Shown: positions 19,783 through 29,815 of the stretch, piece after piece | How the letters are laid out: every line of letters starts with the position of its first letter | Numbering within the stretch: the stretch's first letter is position 1 | Assembly (NCBI GenBank): GCA_017481225.1 | Contig: JAFUPM010000058.1 | Location: forward strand, 1-62,180 | Reading direction: 5' to 3' | DNA length: 62,180 nt | Source: Clostridia bacterium | Lineage (GTDB): Bacteria > Bacillota > Clostridia > Oscillospirales > CAG-272 | Notes under the pieces: generated by a model | Told to the model about the DNA's origin: nothing | Databases searched by the model: none | What the model saw: the letters and a program-made list of their open reading frames with translations, nothing else | Program-made: the position numbers and the translations under genes

Positions 19783-20101
19783 AAAACTTTTTATCGACGA
19801 TAATCGAGCGTTAAAGCATACTCATTCTACACCGGCGAGGGTTTCACGCAGACACATATTGAGTTTGTAAGATATGCGATAAGGGTTCGGCAGCTTCTGC
19901 ACCCAACACGCAGGTACACCGTCGAAATGCTTTTGGCTAAACCCATGACACGCAGGGGCCTCTTCGGTAGCAACGCAACAAGAGTAGTGGACTACGAAAA
20001 GTCTCTCTTTGAATTTTAAGGCAAGACGGTAATGCCGAAATCGACCCCTGTGATTCGAATGTGTATTCGTTGTGCTCGAAACAATAAGGTCTATTTAATT
20101 A

Positions 20102-20150
20102 AAGCGGTTGTCCTTTACCGAAGTGGTATCAAACAACCGCTTTTGCTTTT
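20102..20150. terminator. Hairpin terminator adjacent to the LRR lipoprotein stop codon
   Basis: A 10-bp stem pairs AAGCGGTTGT (20102..20111) with ACAACCGCTT (20133..20142). The T-rich tail (TTGCTTTTATT) is on the + strand, so this hairpin may also end a rightward transcript from 19800-20100. Confidence 0.5.
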
Positions 20151-20154
20151 ATTG

Positions 20155-21492
20155 CTATATCTCTATTGTTTCATCAGTGCAGATGATATACTTAAGAGTG
20201 TCATCATACCAATCTCCGCCGCCAAGTATGCCAGTATAATTATCCTTTATTATATTTTTCCACTCTTCAATAGTTCCATCATAATTAATGCTTTCGAGAT
20301 TGCTACATTCCGAAAACGCACCAGGACATATAGTTTTTACGCTATTAGGAATTGTTATGCTTTCCAATTCTGTACATCCTTCGAAAGCTCCAATCCCTAT
20401 AAATGTAACACTGTCAGAAATAACCACGCTCTTTAAACTACAGCCAGCAAACACATAGTGATTAATTTTAGATACAGTATCAGGTATTACTATATTTTCC
20501 AGAACCTCACCATTAACACAAACCTCACCAAAGCCCCCCGATTGACCTCCAAAGCCTTCAATTTCTACATGGCACCAAGCAGCTATGTCGGAAACGTGTA
20601 TTTGCTCGATGGATACTTTGTTAAATGCATACAATCCGATTTTTTTAACGCTGGCAGGAATGGTGACCTTATCCAAAAAGGTGAACTTAGTCAATATTCC
20701 GCAACTAAATGAATCAATCGTGGTAATTCCATCGAGCAAAACTATTTCTTTAGTATATTCACTATCCCAAATCCATGGAATGCTATTACATCCAAATACG
20801 ATTTTCTTTATAGCGGGTTCGTCTAAGATTCTGTTTGATGAGTCATTGTACGGCGAGTGGTAATATACAGTATTTAAATTGCTCGCCTTATAAAAAATCT
20901 GTGTTCCTATTTCAGTAACAGAATCAGGAATGGTTATTTCTGTGATTCCCTCGCATGCATAAAATGCTCTTGTACCAATAGCATTTACCGTCTTAGGAAT
21001 AGTTACAGCAGTAATGCTTTTGTTTTCAGAAAAAGCTTTATCCCCTATGCCTGTAACCATATATCCATCAATTTTCTCGGGAATAATTACTTCTGTATCC
21101 TCACAAGCACCAATTCCCGTAATTGTACACGTAGTTTTATCTGCGTTTATAGTATATGCAAGTCCTATTGAGCCTGTAGCGTGCAAGATTTCTTCAGCAA
21201 GCCTTTTACTGCAAACTGTGCACTCTTTATATCTATAGCCATCATCTGTGGCGGTGGGATCTTTAACAATCCAATCGCTTTCAATGTGCCCAACGGCAGC
21301 GGTTATTCTTGTCTCGCTTTCACCGCAAGAGCAGTTTCTCTTTTCTATCTTATTCGATGTGCAGCTGCCCTGAGTAATCACATTCCATTGTCCGTATACG
21401 TGCTTATGACTGTTATCATCACCGTTTCCACACGAAGCAAGTAGAAACAATGCGATTATCAGTAGCGTAAATAAACCAAAATGCTTTTTCAT
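20155..21492 (-). CDS. Surface lipoprotein with BspA-type leucine-rich repeats
   Basis: The ORF is 445 aa. It has a lipoprotein signal with lipobox (MKKHFGLFTLLIIALFLLASC). Repeated ..ITIP.SV..IG..AF..C..L modules are present. The DNA is visibly AT-rich compared with its flanks. Confidence 0.8.
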   Translation of the reverse strand: MKKHFGLFTLLIIALFLLASCGNGDDNSHKHVYGQWNVITQGSCTSNKIEKRNCSCGESETRITAAVGHIESDWIVKDPTATDDGYRYKECTVCSKRLAEEILHATGSIGLAYTINADKTTCTITGIGACEDTEVIIPEKIDGYMVTGIGDKAFSENKSITAVTIPKTVNAIGTRAFYACEGITEITIPDSVTEIGTQIFYKASNLNTVYYHSPYNDSSNRILDEPAIKKIVFGCNSIPWIWDSEYTKEIVLLDGITTIDSFSCGILTKFTFLDKVTIPASVKKIGLYAFNKVSIEQIHVSDIAAWCHVEIEGFGGQSGGFGEVCVNGEVLENIVIPDTVSKINHYVFAGCSLKSVVISDSVTFIGIGAFEGCTELESITIPNSVKTICPGAFSECSNLESINYDGTIEEWKNIIKDNYTGILGGGDWYDDTLKYIICTDETIEI

Positions 21493-21622
21493 ATTTCCTC
21501 CAACGCTATAAATTCTTAGTAAATTATTTACTAATATAGTATATTATAGTTTGTTTTTGCATAAATGTCAATAGTTTTAGTAAAAAATATTATAATTAGT
21601 CCAGTTATATAAGGAGGCAATT

Positions 21623-21895
21623 ATGAAAATAGGAGAAAAAATCAGAAATTCACGTGAAGATATGGATATGTCTCAAGAGGATGTTTCCAAACTTATACCG
21701 ATGAATCAATCTAGTTATTCGAAGATAGAACGTGATATCCAAGAGCCGAGCCTCGAGCAATTAAGGCGAATTTGCCAAATTCTAAACATAGATCCTTCTT
21801 ATCTTCTGTCTCTTGGCGATTACGAAAATTCTACAAATAATGACGTTCGGTTTGCTAAGGAAGTAAAGAGGTTATACGAAAAAATATATATGTAA
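21623..21895 (+). CDS. XRE-family HTH transcriptional regulator
   Basis: The ORF is 90 aa with an AAGGAGG RBS. MSQEDVSKLIPMNQSSYSKIERDIQEPSLEQLRRICQILNI is a typical Cro/C1 HTH. Confidence 0.8.
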   Translation: MKIGEKIRNSREDMDMSQEDVSKLIPMNQSSYSKIERDIQEPSLEQLRRICQILNIDPSYLLSLGDYENSTNNDVRFAKEVKRLYEKIYM

Positions 21896-22028
21896 TTAAG
21901 CCTACACAAGTAAAAGCCATCTTCGCGCAAAGGGGATGTTCTTTTTGAAAAATTCACTAAGCGCAAATATTGCATTGGATAGTTCAAATGCAATACGTGT
22001 TAAGGCCACCGTACTTATAACGACAGAA

Positions 22029-22078
22029 AGAGCACACACTCAAGGTGTATATACCTTAGTGTATGCTCTTTTTCTTTG
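22029..22078 (+). terminator. Long hairpin terminator downstream of the XRE gene
   Basis: The stem pairs AGAGCACACACT (22029..22040) with AGTGTATGCTCT (22058..22069), with one mismatch. TTTTTCTTT follows. Confidence 0.5.
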
Positions 22079-22153
22079 AGTGAAGTTTTTGCTAACGCAA
22101 AAGTGAAATTTTGCTGACTGCGCTCACAATGAAGTTAAGCTTGTACCTTACCG

Positions 22154-23107
22154 TCAGAGGGTCTCACCGTCGGAGGTAAGGCTCTTGTTGTCCTTGATTT
22201 TCATTATATCGTAGGGGGTTGTCTGGTAGACGAAGTAGTTGAGCCAGTTGGTGAAAAGGAGGGTGGCGTGACCGCGCCAGGTAATAACGGGTTGCTTGGT
22301 ATCGTCGTCACCGGGGAAATAATTCTCGGGAATTTTCGGGTTGATGCCTGCGAGTTTATCACGAGTGTACTCCTTATTCAGAGTGTCGGCGTCGTACTCC
22401 GAGTGACCCGTCAGGAATATCTGCCTGCCGCCTCTGGTGGTAACGGCGTAAACGCCCGCATCCTCGGAGGAGGAAAGAATTCTGAGGTCCCAGACGTTCT
22501 CAATATCCTCTCTTTTAACGGTGGTGTACCTGGAGTGGGGAACGTAGAAAACGTCGTCGAAGCCGCGGAAAAGAATTGAGCGCTTGTAGTCCACCTTGTG
22601 GGCGTAGACACCCGAAAGCTTCTCCTCGAGAGGATACTTCTTTATGCCGTAGTGATAGTAGAGAGCCGCCTGCGCGCCCCAGCAGATGTGAAGGGTGCTT
22701 TGTACGTGGCTTTTCGACCACTCCATAATCTCGCAAAGCTCCTCCCAATAGTCCACCTCCTCGAACTCCATTTTCTCAACGGGCGCACCCGTGATTATCA
22801 TGCCGTCGAAGTATCTGTCGCGCACGTCGGAAAATTCCTTGTAGAAGGCGAGCAGATGCTCCTCGGAGGTGTTCTTGGATTTATGCATTTTTGTGTGCAA
22901 AAGTTCAATCTCTACCTGGAGGGGTGTATTACCCAAAAGACGGGATAATTGGGTCTCTGTGTCAACTTTAGTTGGCATTAAGTTAAGAATTAGTATCTTA
23001 AGAGGGCGTATGTCCTGAGTTATCGCGCGGGTTTCCGTCATAACGAAAATGTTCTCGTTTTCGAGGATTTTCACCGCCGGAAGCTCGTTTGGTATTTTGA
23101 TTGGCAT
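22154..23107 (-). CDS. metA: Homoserine O-acyltransferase (MetA family)
   Basis: The ORF is 317 aa. [23 protein letters not shown]...[14 protein letters not shown] is the canonical MetA N-terminus. Confidence 0.9.
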   Translation of the reverse strand: MPIKIPNELPAVKILENENIFVMTETRAITQDIRPLKILILNLMPTKVDTETQLSRLLGNTPLQVEIELLHTKMHKSKNTSEEHLLAFYKEFSDVRDRYFDGMIITGAPVEKMEFEEVDYWEELCEIMEWSKSHVQSTLHICWGAQAALYYHYGIKKYPLEEKLSGVYAHKVDYKRSILFRGFDDVFYVPHSRYTTVKREDIENVWDLRILSSSEDAGVYAVTTRGGRQIFLTGHSEYDADTLNKEYTRDKLAGINPKIPENYFPGDDDTKQPVITWRGHATLLFTNWLNYFVYQTTPYDIMKIKDNKSLTSDGETL

Positions 23108-23229
23108 ACTTTTTCCTTTCTTTCTGTGTTTTAGTCGGCAGTATTATTCAAGCACGCCGAGGATTTAAGCTCTGCGTCCGAAGACGTGTCCGAATTTCGG
23201 CACTCCGGGGAATAATATTACCCGTTTTC

Positions 23230-24519
23230 TTAGTCTATAGATTCAAGAGCCTGCTTTAAGTCTGCAATAAGGTCGTCTGCGCCCTCAATACCGCAGGAGT
23301 AGCGGATAAGGTCGGGGGAGACGCCTGCGGCGAGGAGCTCCTCATCGTTCATCTGTCTGTGGGTTGCGCTTGCGGGGTGGAGGCAGCAGGTTCTGGCATC
23401 GGCAACGTGAGTTTCAATTGCGCCAAGCTTCATATTTTTCATAAACTTCTCCGCCGCAGCTCTTCCGCCCTTCACACCGAAGGATACTACTCCGCAGGAG
23501 CCGCCCGGCAGATACTTCATAGCCAGGTCATAGTACTTGTCGCCCTCAAGGTTCGGGTACTTAACCCAGGTAACGTTGGGGTGAGACTTAAGGAACTTCG
23601 CAACGGCAAGACCGTTCTCGCAATGTCTCTGCATACGAACGTGGAGGCTCTCAAGACCGAGTCCGAGAAGGAACGCAGACTGAGGAGACTGAGTGCAGCC
23701 GAAATCACGCATAAGCTGTGCGGTTGCCTTGGTAATATACGCGCCTGCCATACCGAATCTCTCGTAGTAGTTTACGCCGTGGTAGCTCTCGTCGGGAGTG
23801 CAAAGGCAATCGAACTTGCCCGATGCCGCCCAGTCGAACTTACCCGAGTCCACGATACAGCCGCCAACCGCGCTGCCGTGACCGTCCATATACTTCGTGG
23901 TAGAGTGAGTGACGATATCCGCGCCCCACTCGAAGGGACGGCAGTTCACGGGAGTAGCGAAGGTGTTGTCTATGATAAGGGGTACGCCGTGGGCGTGAGC
24001 CACCTTGGCAAATCTCTCTATATCAAGGACACTCAAGGCGGGATTAGCTATGGTCTCGCCGAACACAGCCTTGGTGTTGGGGCGCATTGCCGCCTCCAGC
24101 TCCTCCTCCGTTGCATCGGGAGATACGAAGGTAAAGTCAATGTTCATTCTCTTCATCGTAACCGAGAAGAGGTTGTAGGTGCCGCCGTAAATCGCGCTGG
24201 AGGCTACCACGTGGTCGCCTGCCGATGCGATATTGAATACTGCGAAGAAGTTAGCCGCCTGACCCGAGGAGGTAAGCATAGCGGCAGAGCCGCCCTCAAG
24301 CTCGCATATTCTTGCCGCGACGGTGTCGCAGGTGGGGTTCTGCAGTCTCGAATAGAAGTAACCCGAAGCCTCAAGGTCAAAGAGCTTACCCATATCCTCG
24401 CTGGTAGCGTACTTGAAGGTCGTGCTTTGTATAATAGGTATCTGCCTCGGCTCGCCGCTGGCAGGGGAGTAGCCTCCCTGGACGCATTTGGTTTCAATAC
24501 TGAGATTTTTCTTTTCCAT
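23230..24519 (-). CDS. metY: O-acetylhomoserine sulfhydrylase (PLP-dependent, Cys/Met metabolism family)
   Basis: The ORF is 429 aa and contains GGYSP..GEPRQIPIIQSTTFKY, YSRLQNPT and THSTTKYMDGHG, the last carrying the PLP lysine. Confidence 0.85.
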   Translation of the reverse strand: MEKKNLSIETKCVQGGYSPASGEPRQIPIIQSTTFKYATSEDMGKLFDLEASGYFYSRLQNPTCDTVAARICELEGGSAAMLTSSGQAANFFAVFNIASAGDHVVASSAIYGGTYNLFSVTMKRMNIDFTFVSPDATEEELEAAMRPNTKAVFGETIANPALSVLDIERFAKVAHAHGVPLIIDNTFATPVNCRPFEWGADIVTHSTTKYMDGHGSAVGGCIVDSGKFDWAASGKFDCLCTPDESYHGVNYYERFGMAGAYITKATAQLMRDFGCTQSPQSAFLLGLGLESLHVRMQRHCENGLAVAKFLKSHPNVTWVKYPNLEGDKYYDLAMKYLPGGSCGVVSFGVKGGRAAAEKFMKNMKLGAIETHVADARTCCLHPASATHRQMNDEELLAAGVSPDLIRYSCGIEGADDLIADLKQALESID

Positions 24520-24590
24520 TTTATTTTATCCTTTCGGTTAATTTACTGTTACTTACTCGCGTTTTTGATTAAATATTCTGTGCAAATTTC

Positions 24591-24846
24591 AGAAAATAAA
24601 AAGCCACCCGTCCCAACAGTTGAGACGAATGACAGTCATCCGCGGTACCACTCAAATTGTGCAAAAAGCACCCCTCACAGCTCAAAAAAGCCTTGCGCCT
24701 CTAACGCTGCGCCTGCGTGCGGTGCTAACAAAAGCTCGCGCCGCCTGCTCGGGAGCCATAGGATATCCGACACTGCATTACCGCCTCGCACCTTACGCGG
24801 TTCTCTGAAAATGCTCCTTCGGTTCCCTCTCCGTCATCGCTTTTAT
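24591..24846 (-). promoter_or_regulatory. T-box leader (tRNA-sensing riboswitch) controlling metY-metA
   Basis: The minus-strand RNA contains GAUGA, then CAGAGA...GGUGCGAG (Stem-I-like AG bulge and distal loop), then the T-box sequence UGAGUGGUACCGCGG (24654..24640). A terminator stem follows, pairing GUCAUUCGUCUC (24633..24622) with GGGACGGGUGGC (24614..24603), and then UUUUUAUUUU. AUG triplets occur in the 3' half of Stem I (GGUAAUGCAG, CCUAUGGCU). Confidence 0.7.
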
Positions 24847-24852
24847 ACACAA

Positions 24853-24881
24853 ATTTTATCACAAGGCAGAACCTTTGTCAA
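24853..24881 (-). promoter_or_regulatory. Promoter of the T-box-metY-metA unit
   Basis: On the minus strand, TTGACA (24881..24876) is followed by 17 nt and then TAAAAT (24858..24853). Confidence 0.55.
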
Positions 24882-25084
24882 GAGTTTTTTGTAAATATTT
24901 TAAGAGGCTAAGAAAGCGACAGTGCAAATCCCACCCGATTTATCCGCCACCCGAGCTATAATAATAGCCGAAGATTACCGTCTCGCCTCTATCCTCCCCC
25001 GACGCAAAGCAGAAAGCACGAGGGGAAGCGGACGTCTTGCTGCCCCCTCGATATATGCGCCGCAAGCAAAAACACATAAATACG

Positions 25085-25133
25085 CGCGAAAAATATCGCG
25101 GCTACCTTCGGAAAAATCCTCGGTAACCGCGAT
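25085..25133 (-). terminator. Terminator of the Na/Pi cotransporter gene
   Basis: The stem pairs ATCGCGGCTACC (25095..25106) with GGTAACCGCGAT (25122..25133). On the minus strand it is followed by AUUUUUCG. Confidence 0.55.
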
Positions 25134-25193
25134 AAAATCCTTAGTTTTGTAAATCCAAGCTTACATTTTAATGAATTTACGCCACATTTTCGT

Positions 25194-26951
25194 TTATATG
25201 CTGTACTTTTTCGAGTATTCCTTATACTGCTCGTCGTAAGCCTCGCTGCCGTGTCTGACAGAGGCGAGATACTTATGCATATCAAGAGCATCGTAGGAGG
25301 AAATCTCTATAACGCAGCCGCCAACGTTGGAGCAATGGTCGGAAACTCTCTCGAAGTTATTGAGAAGGTCCGCAAGGACAAATCCGTGCTCTATGGTACA
25401 TTCGCTCTTCTGCAGACGGAGAATATGATTTCTCTTTATCTGATCACGCAGGTCGTCAACCACCTGCTCAAGAGGCTCGATTTCCGCTGCAAGCTCAACG
25501 TTATTTTCCTTGAAGGCGCGCTCGGTAAGCTCAAGTATATCCTTAACTGCGGCGCGAAGGATACCAAGCTCTCTTTGAGCCTCCTTGGAGAACTCAAGCT
25601 TTTTCTCCTTCATTTCCTCAGCTGACTCAAGAATGTTAACCGCGTGGTCGGATATTCTCTCGAAGTCACCTATCATATGAAGAAGCTTGGTTACCTGCTT
25701 TGAGTCTCTCGCGTCCAAGCCGTTTTGAGATACCTTTACGAGATATGAGCCAAGGGCGTCCTCGTACATATCCGCCTTGTCCTCAAGGGTTCTGACCTCC
25801 TCGGCGACCTTCGGGTCGAAGGAGTCAAACAGAGTCAGGGAGCTATACAGAGCGCGGCAGGAAATGTCCGCCATAACTGCGGTGACCTCGGTAGCTCTTG
25901 CTACTGCTACCGCAGGAGTTTCCATAAGACGCTCGTCAAGAAGGTTCACGCTCTCCTCTGCATCCTCCTTGCTGTCGGGGATTGTGATGCAAGCGAGCTT
26001 CTCGAGAAGCTTATAGAAGGGCGATATTGCCAGAACGGAAAGAATTTTGAATACTGTGTGGATAATTGCGATATCCCACATATTGGTTATCCTTGATACG
26101 AAGGGGAAGCCGATAATCCAATCGAACAGATAGAACAGCGACAGCCAGATAACAACGCCTATAATATTGAAATAAAGGTGGACCAGGGCGGCGCGCCTAC
26201 CGTTTTTATTAGCTCCTATGGAGGAGAGAAGCGCCGTAACGCAGGTACCTATGTTCTGACCCATAACTATCGGTATCGCCATACCGTAGGTAATAACGCC
26301 TGTTGTCGTAAGGGACTGTAGAATACCTACCGATGCGGAGGAGGACTGAACTATAGCCGTAAGGATAAGTCCTGCAAGAACACCGAGTAGGGGATTGTTG
26401 TCGAACATCAGAAGGATTTTATCAACTCCCTCGAGTCCGCTGACAGCATCGGACATAACGTCCATACCCGTCATAAGAACGGCAAAGCCCAAGAGTATCA
26501 CGCCGATATCCTTCTTTCTGCCCCTCTTGACGAACATAATAAGGCATATACCTATAAGCGCAAGCACGGGCATCCAGGCATCGGGCTTCAGCCACTTAAG
26601 GGCATCGACAACCTCAGCGCCGTCCTGACCCACACCTGCAAGAGCCGTAAGCCAAGCGGTGATAGCAGTACCGACGTTCGCGCCCATAATAACGCCAACC
26701 GCCTGCAGAAGGGTCATAGTACCCGAGTTAACGAAGCCGACAACCATAACCGTCGTAGCGGAGGAGGACTGAATAACGCAGGTTACGATAAGTCCGAGAA
26801 GAAATCCGCTGATGGGATTGGAGGTCATCTTGCCGAGAGTTGACTTAAGGCTTGAGCCTGCGCTCTTTTTGAGCGAATCGCCCATAACGTCCATACCGTA
26901 AAGGAACAGAGCCAGACCCAAAACCAATTTGAGTATATCCAATATTTCCAT
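25194..26951 (-). CDS. Na+/phosphate cotransporter family protein with C-terminal PhoU-like domains
   Basis: The ORF is 585 aa. It contains LFLYGMDVMGDSLKK...QSSSATTVMVVGFVNSG and a second QSSSASVGILQ repeat, plus a soluble helical C-terminal half. Confidence 0.85.
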   Translation of the reverse strand: MEILDILKLVLGLALFLYGMDVMGDSLKKSAGSSLKSTLGKMTSNPISGFLLGLIVTCVIQSSSATTVMVVGFVNSGTMTLLQAVGVIMGANVGTAITAWLTALAGVGQDGAEVVDALKWLKPDAWMPVLALIGICLIMFVKRGRKKDIGVILLGFAVLMTGMDVMSDAVSGLEGVDKILLMFDNNPLLGVLAGLILTAIVQSSSASVGILQSLTTTGVITYGMAIPIVMGQNIGTCVTALLSSIGANKNGRRAALVHLYFNIIGVVIWLSLFYLFDWIIGFPFVSRITNMWDIAIIHTVFKILSVLAISPFYKLLEKLACITIPDSKEDAEESVNLLDERLMETPAVAVARATEVTAVMADISCRALYSSLTLFDSFDPKVAEEVRTLEDKADMYEDALGSYLVKVSQNGLDARDSKQVTKLLHMIGDFERISDHAVNILESAEEMKEKKLEFSKEAQRELGILRAAVKDILELTERAFKENNVELAAEIEPLEQVVDDLRDQIKRNHILRLQKSECTIEHGFVLADLLNNFERVSDHCSNVGGCVIEISSYDALDMHKYLASVRHGSEAYDEQYKEYSKKYSI

Positions 26952-27053
26952 AAATTATCCCCCAAGGAGAACTAGCGCCGATGCTTGTCCGCCGCGGCAC
27001 CGCGTATATTTTACCATACTATCCTTTTGTTGTCAATTATTTTTTATTATATT

Positions 27054-29777
27054 TTAAATGGAAACAACCTTGTAACCCTGCGCCTCGACGGCAGCGGCAA
27101 GTGTAGCCTTATCAAGCTCCGCCTCACACTCGACTATGGCAGAATCCTCCTTATGGCTGACAATAGCTGACAGCACCCCGGGGACTCCCTCAAGAGTAGA
27201 CTTAACTCTCGCCTCGCAGTGGGGACACATCATACCTTCAATTTTCATTTCTACCTTCATTGTCTTACTCTCCCTTTCGGTTTTGTCGTTTTCGTTTATT
27301 TTCTCGCCGTTAACGTTGGTACTCTCGGCGGCGGTGGACTTGCGCTTTGCCGTGACGGTACTCTCGGCGGCGGCGGACTTGCACTCTCCGGCGTTGGTAC
27401 TCTCGGCGGTGGTGGACTTGCACTCTCCGGCGTTGGTACTATCGGCGGTGGTGGACTTGCACTCTCCGGCGTTGGCACTCTCGGCGGCGGCGGTCAGGCT
27501 ACAAGCTGTATCGGTGCAGCCCGTGGGCGCAAGTGTGCCGAGCTTTGCTTTTGCTTCCCTTCTGCCGAAGGTGCCGAGCCTCAGCGCGTTCATAACGACA
27601 CAGAAGCTTGAAAGGCTCATTGCCAACGCGCCGAGCATCGGGCTCATTCCAAAGCCCAGAAGCTTAACGAACACTCCCGCGGCTACGGGTATACAAACGG
27701 AGTTGTAGGCGAAAGCCCAGAACAGGTTCTCGTATATATTCTTAAGGGTAGCGCGGCCAAGTCTTACGGCTGTGGCAACGTCCAAAAGAGAATCTCGCAT
27801 CAGAACAACGTCAGCGGAGTCAATTGCAATATCTGTTCCTCCGCCTATGGCGATGCCTACGTCGGCTCTGGCCAGCGATGGCGCGTCGTTTATTCCGTCG
27901 CCAACCATAATTACGCCGCCCGACTCGGACAGCTCGCGGATTTTCGCCTCCTTGTCGGCAGGCATCATGTCGGCATAGACCTCGTCAATGCCCGCGCTCT
28001 TGCCTATCGTCTCGGCGGTTCTCGAGTTATCACCCGTCAGCATAACCACCCGAAGCCCCAAGGCGCGCAGAGCAAGTATAGCCTCCGCGCTATCCTCTCT
28101 CACGGTGTCGGAAACTGCGATTATTCCAAGCAATACCCCACCCTGTGTGAAAAATAACGGTGTTTTTCCTTCGCCCGACAGCCTCAGATATTCCTCGCGC
28201 ACATCTTCCCCGAGCTTACACTTCGAGGATATAAAGCTGAAGCTTCCGCAAAGTGTCTCATCACCTAGGACAACTCCTCTTACACCCGAGCCCGAGAGAG
28301 CCTCGAACTCATCGACTGCCATCTCGTCTATTCCGTTTTCCCTCGCGTAGGCGGTCACGGCGCGCGCTAAAGGATGCTCGCTTTTCGCTTCAACAGAGAG
28401 AGCGACGCTCAAAAGCTCCTCGGCGGATACCCCCATAGGTAAAACGTCAACCACCACGGGCTCGCCCTTAGTGACGGTTCCCGTTTTATCAAGAGCGACA
28501 GCCTTCGCTCTGCCTGCAAGCTCGATAGCCTCGGCGCTCTTATAAAGAATTCCCCGTCTTGCGCCAACGCCCGTACCTACCATTATAGCCACGGGTGTAG
28601 CAAGTCCGAGAGCGCAGGGACAGCTGATAACAAGCACCGATATGCACCTGCCCAGCGCCTCGCCGAAGTCGGCTCCCAGAAGAAGCCATACCGCAAGGGT
28701 AACGAGAGCAATAGCGATAACCGTCGGCACGAAGATACCCGAAACGCGGTCAGCAACTCTGGCTATGGGGGGCTTGGTTGCCGAGGCGTCCTCAACAAGC
28801 TTAATAACCGAGGCTATGGTCGTATTTTCTCCAACCTTCGTAGCCTCGCAGCGAAGGTAGCCGGTTTGGTTAACCGTAGCGGCAAGAACGCTGTCTCCAA
28901 CCGTTTTGTCAACGGGAACAGACTCGCCCGTAAGTGCCGCCTCGGAAACCGCACTTTCGCCCTCCAAGACGGTGCCGTCAACGGGTACGGCTTCGCCCGG
29001 ACGGACGATAAAGATATCTCCTACCAGAACCTCCTCCGCAGGTACAGTAATTTCCTTGCCCTCGCGGACAACCGTCGCAAGCTTTGGAGAAAGTGACATA
29101 AGAGCCTTTATTGAGTCGGTGGTTCTGCCCTTGGCTCGCTCCTCGAGAAGCTTACCTACGGTTATAAGGGCAAGTATCATTGCCGCGGACTCAAAATACA
29201 GCCCGTGGAGCGCGTGAAGCTGCTCCTCGTAATTCATACCGAGCATACAAATAAGCATTACGGCGCTGTAAATAAAGGACGCGCCCGAGCCCATAGACAC
29301 GAGAGTATCCATATTGGGCGAAAGTGAAAGCACACCCTTCGCACCGCTTATAAAGAAGCGGCGGTTAATAATCATAACGCCAAGAGAAAGCACAAGCTCA
29401 ATAAGAGCTATAATTACGGGACGGGACGCTAAGACCTCGGGCAAGGGCGCGCCCCACATAACGTGCCCCATAGAAATATACATCAGTAAAATCAGAAGCA
29501 AAACTGAGGAAATCAGCCTCCGAAAAATCTTCTTATATTCGCCTTTTTGTAAACTTTCATTGTCATTTTTGGCTTTTTTAGCCTTAACAGATGCGCCGTA
29601 CCCAGCCTTGATAACAGCTGCAATTATTTCCTCGTTCGTCGCAGCTCCGTCCACCGTCATCGTATGTGTAAGAAGGTTTACAGAGCATACCTCCACCCCC
29701 TCAAGGGAGGAGACGGCGCGCTCAACACGGGCAGAGCAGGCAGCGCAGCTCATACCCGTAACGTCAAAAATTCTCAT
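27054..29777 (-). CDS. copA: Copper-translocating P1B-type ATPase with N-terminal HMA and an extra C-terminal HMA (CopZ-like) domain
   Basis: The ORF is 907 aa. Motifs present are [12 protein letters not shown] (HMA), [11 protein letters not shown] (CPC), DKTGTVT and GDGINDAP. After the last TM helix comes an [13 protein letters not shown]-type repeat linker. A second HMA domain follows: [19 protein letters not shown]. Confidence 0.9.
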   Translation of the reverse strand: MRIFDVTGMSCAACSARVERAVSSLEGVEVCSVNLLTHTMTVDGAATNEEIIAAVIKAGYGASVKAKKAKNDNESLQKGEYKKIFRRLISSVLLLILLMYISMGHVMWGAPLPEVLASRPVIIALIELVLSLGVMIINRRFFISGAKGVLSLSPNMDTLVSMGSGASFIYSAVMLICMLGMNYEEQLHALHGLYFESAAMILALITVGKLLEERAKGRTTDSIKALMSLSPKLATVVREGKEITVPAEEVLVGDIFIVRPGEAVPVDGTVLEGESAVSEAALTGESVPVDKTVGDSVLAATVNQTGYLRCEATKVGENTTIASVIKLVEDASATKPPIARVADRVSGIFVPTVIAIALVTLAVWLLLGADFGEALGRCISVLVISCPCALGLATPVAIMVGTGVGARRGILYKSAEAIELAGRAKAVALDKTGTVTKGEPVVVDVLPMGVSAEELLSVALSVEAKSEHPLARAVTAYARENGIDEMAVDEFEALSGSGVRGVVLGDETLCGSFSFISSKCKLGEDVREEYLRLSGEGKTPLFFTQGGVLLGIIAVSDTVREDSAEAILALRALGLRVVMLTGDNSRTAETIGKSAGIDEVYADMMPADKEAKIRELSESGGVIMVGDGINDAPSLARADVGIAIGGGTDIAIDSADVVLMRDSLLDVATAVRLGRATLKNIYENLFWAFAYNSVCIPVAAGVFVKLLGFGMSPMLGALAMSLSSFCVVMNALRLGTFGRREAKAKLGTLAPTGCTDTACSLTAAAESANAGECKSTTADSTNAGECKSTTAESTNAGECKSAAAESTVTAKRKSTAAESTNVNGEKINENDKTERESKTMKVEMKIEGMMCPHCEARVKSTLEGVPGVLSAIVSHKEDSAIVECEAELDKATLAAAVEAQGYKVVSI
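27315..27500 (-). repeat. In-frame 39-bp tandem repeat (5 copies) inside copA
   Basis: Units start at 27315, 27354, 27393, 27432 and 27471, an exact 39-bp period. They encode the 13-aa Cys-containing unit (E/D)[12 protein letters not shown]. Confidence 0.9.
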
Positions 29778-29815
29778 TATTTTTACTCCGCAAAAACGCC
29801 AAATTTAAATTTTCA

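Noticed and set aside
20040-20075. tRNA/tmRNA-like GATTCGAAT string
   Set aside because: It only weakly resembles a T-loop. No acceptor stem, anticodon arm or CCA context could be built around it.
24591-24846. SAM-I (S-box) riboswitch upstream of metY
   Set aside because: A GGTGCTAA-like string occurs only on the wrong (+) strand. The sense strand instead shows the T-box sequence UGAGUGGUACCGCGG with a matching terminator, so it is called a T-box leader.
23359-24894. 511-aa + strand ORF, one of many long antisense ORFs (also 5303..6463, 14986..15735, 17726..18493, 30137..31270, 38899..40221, 49224..50387, 50394..51194, 50761..51543)
   Set aside because: Each lies fully opposite a gene with strong family motifs (metY, the GH20-like gene, rhaD, rhaB and so on). 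They lack RBSs and have low-complexity Arg/Gly/Val-rich composition, typical of stop-poor antisense frames.
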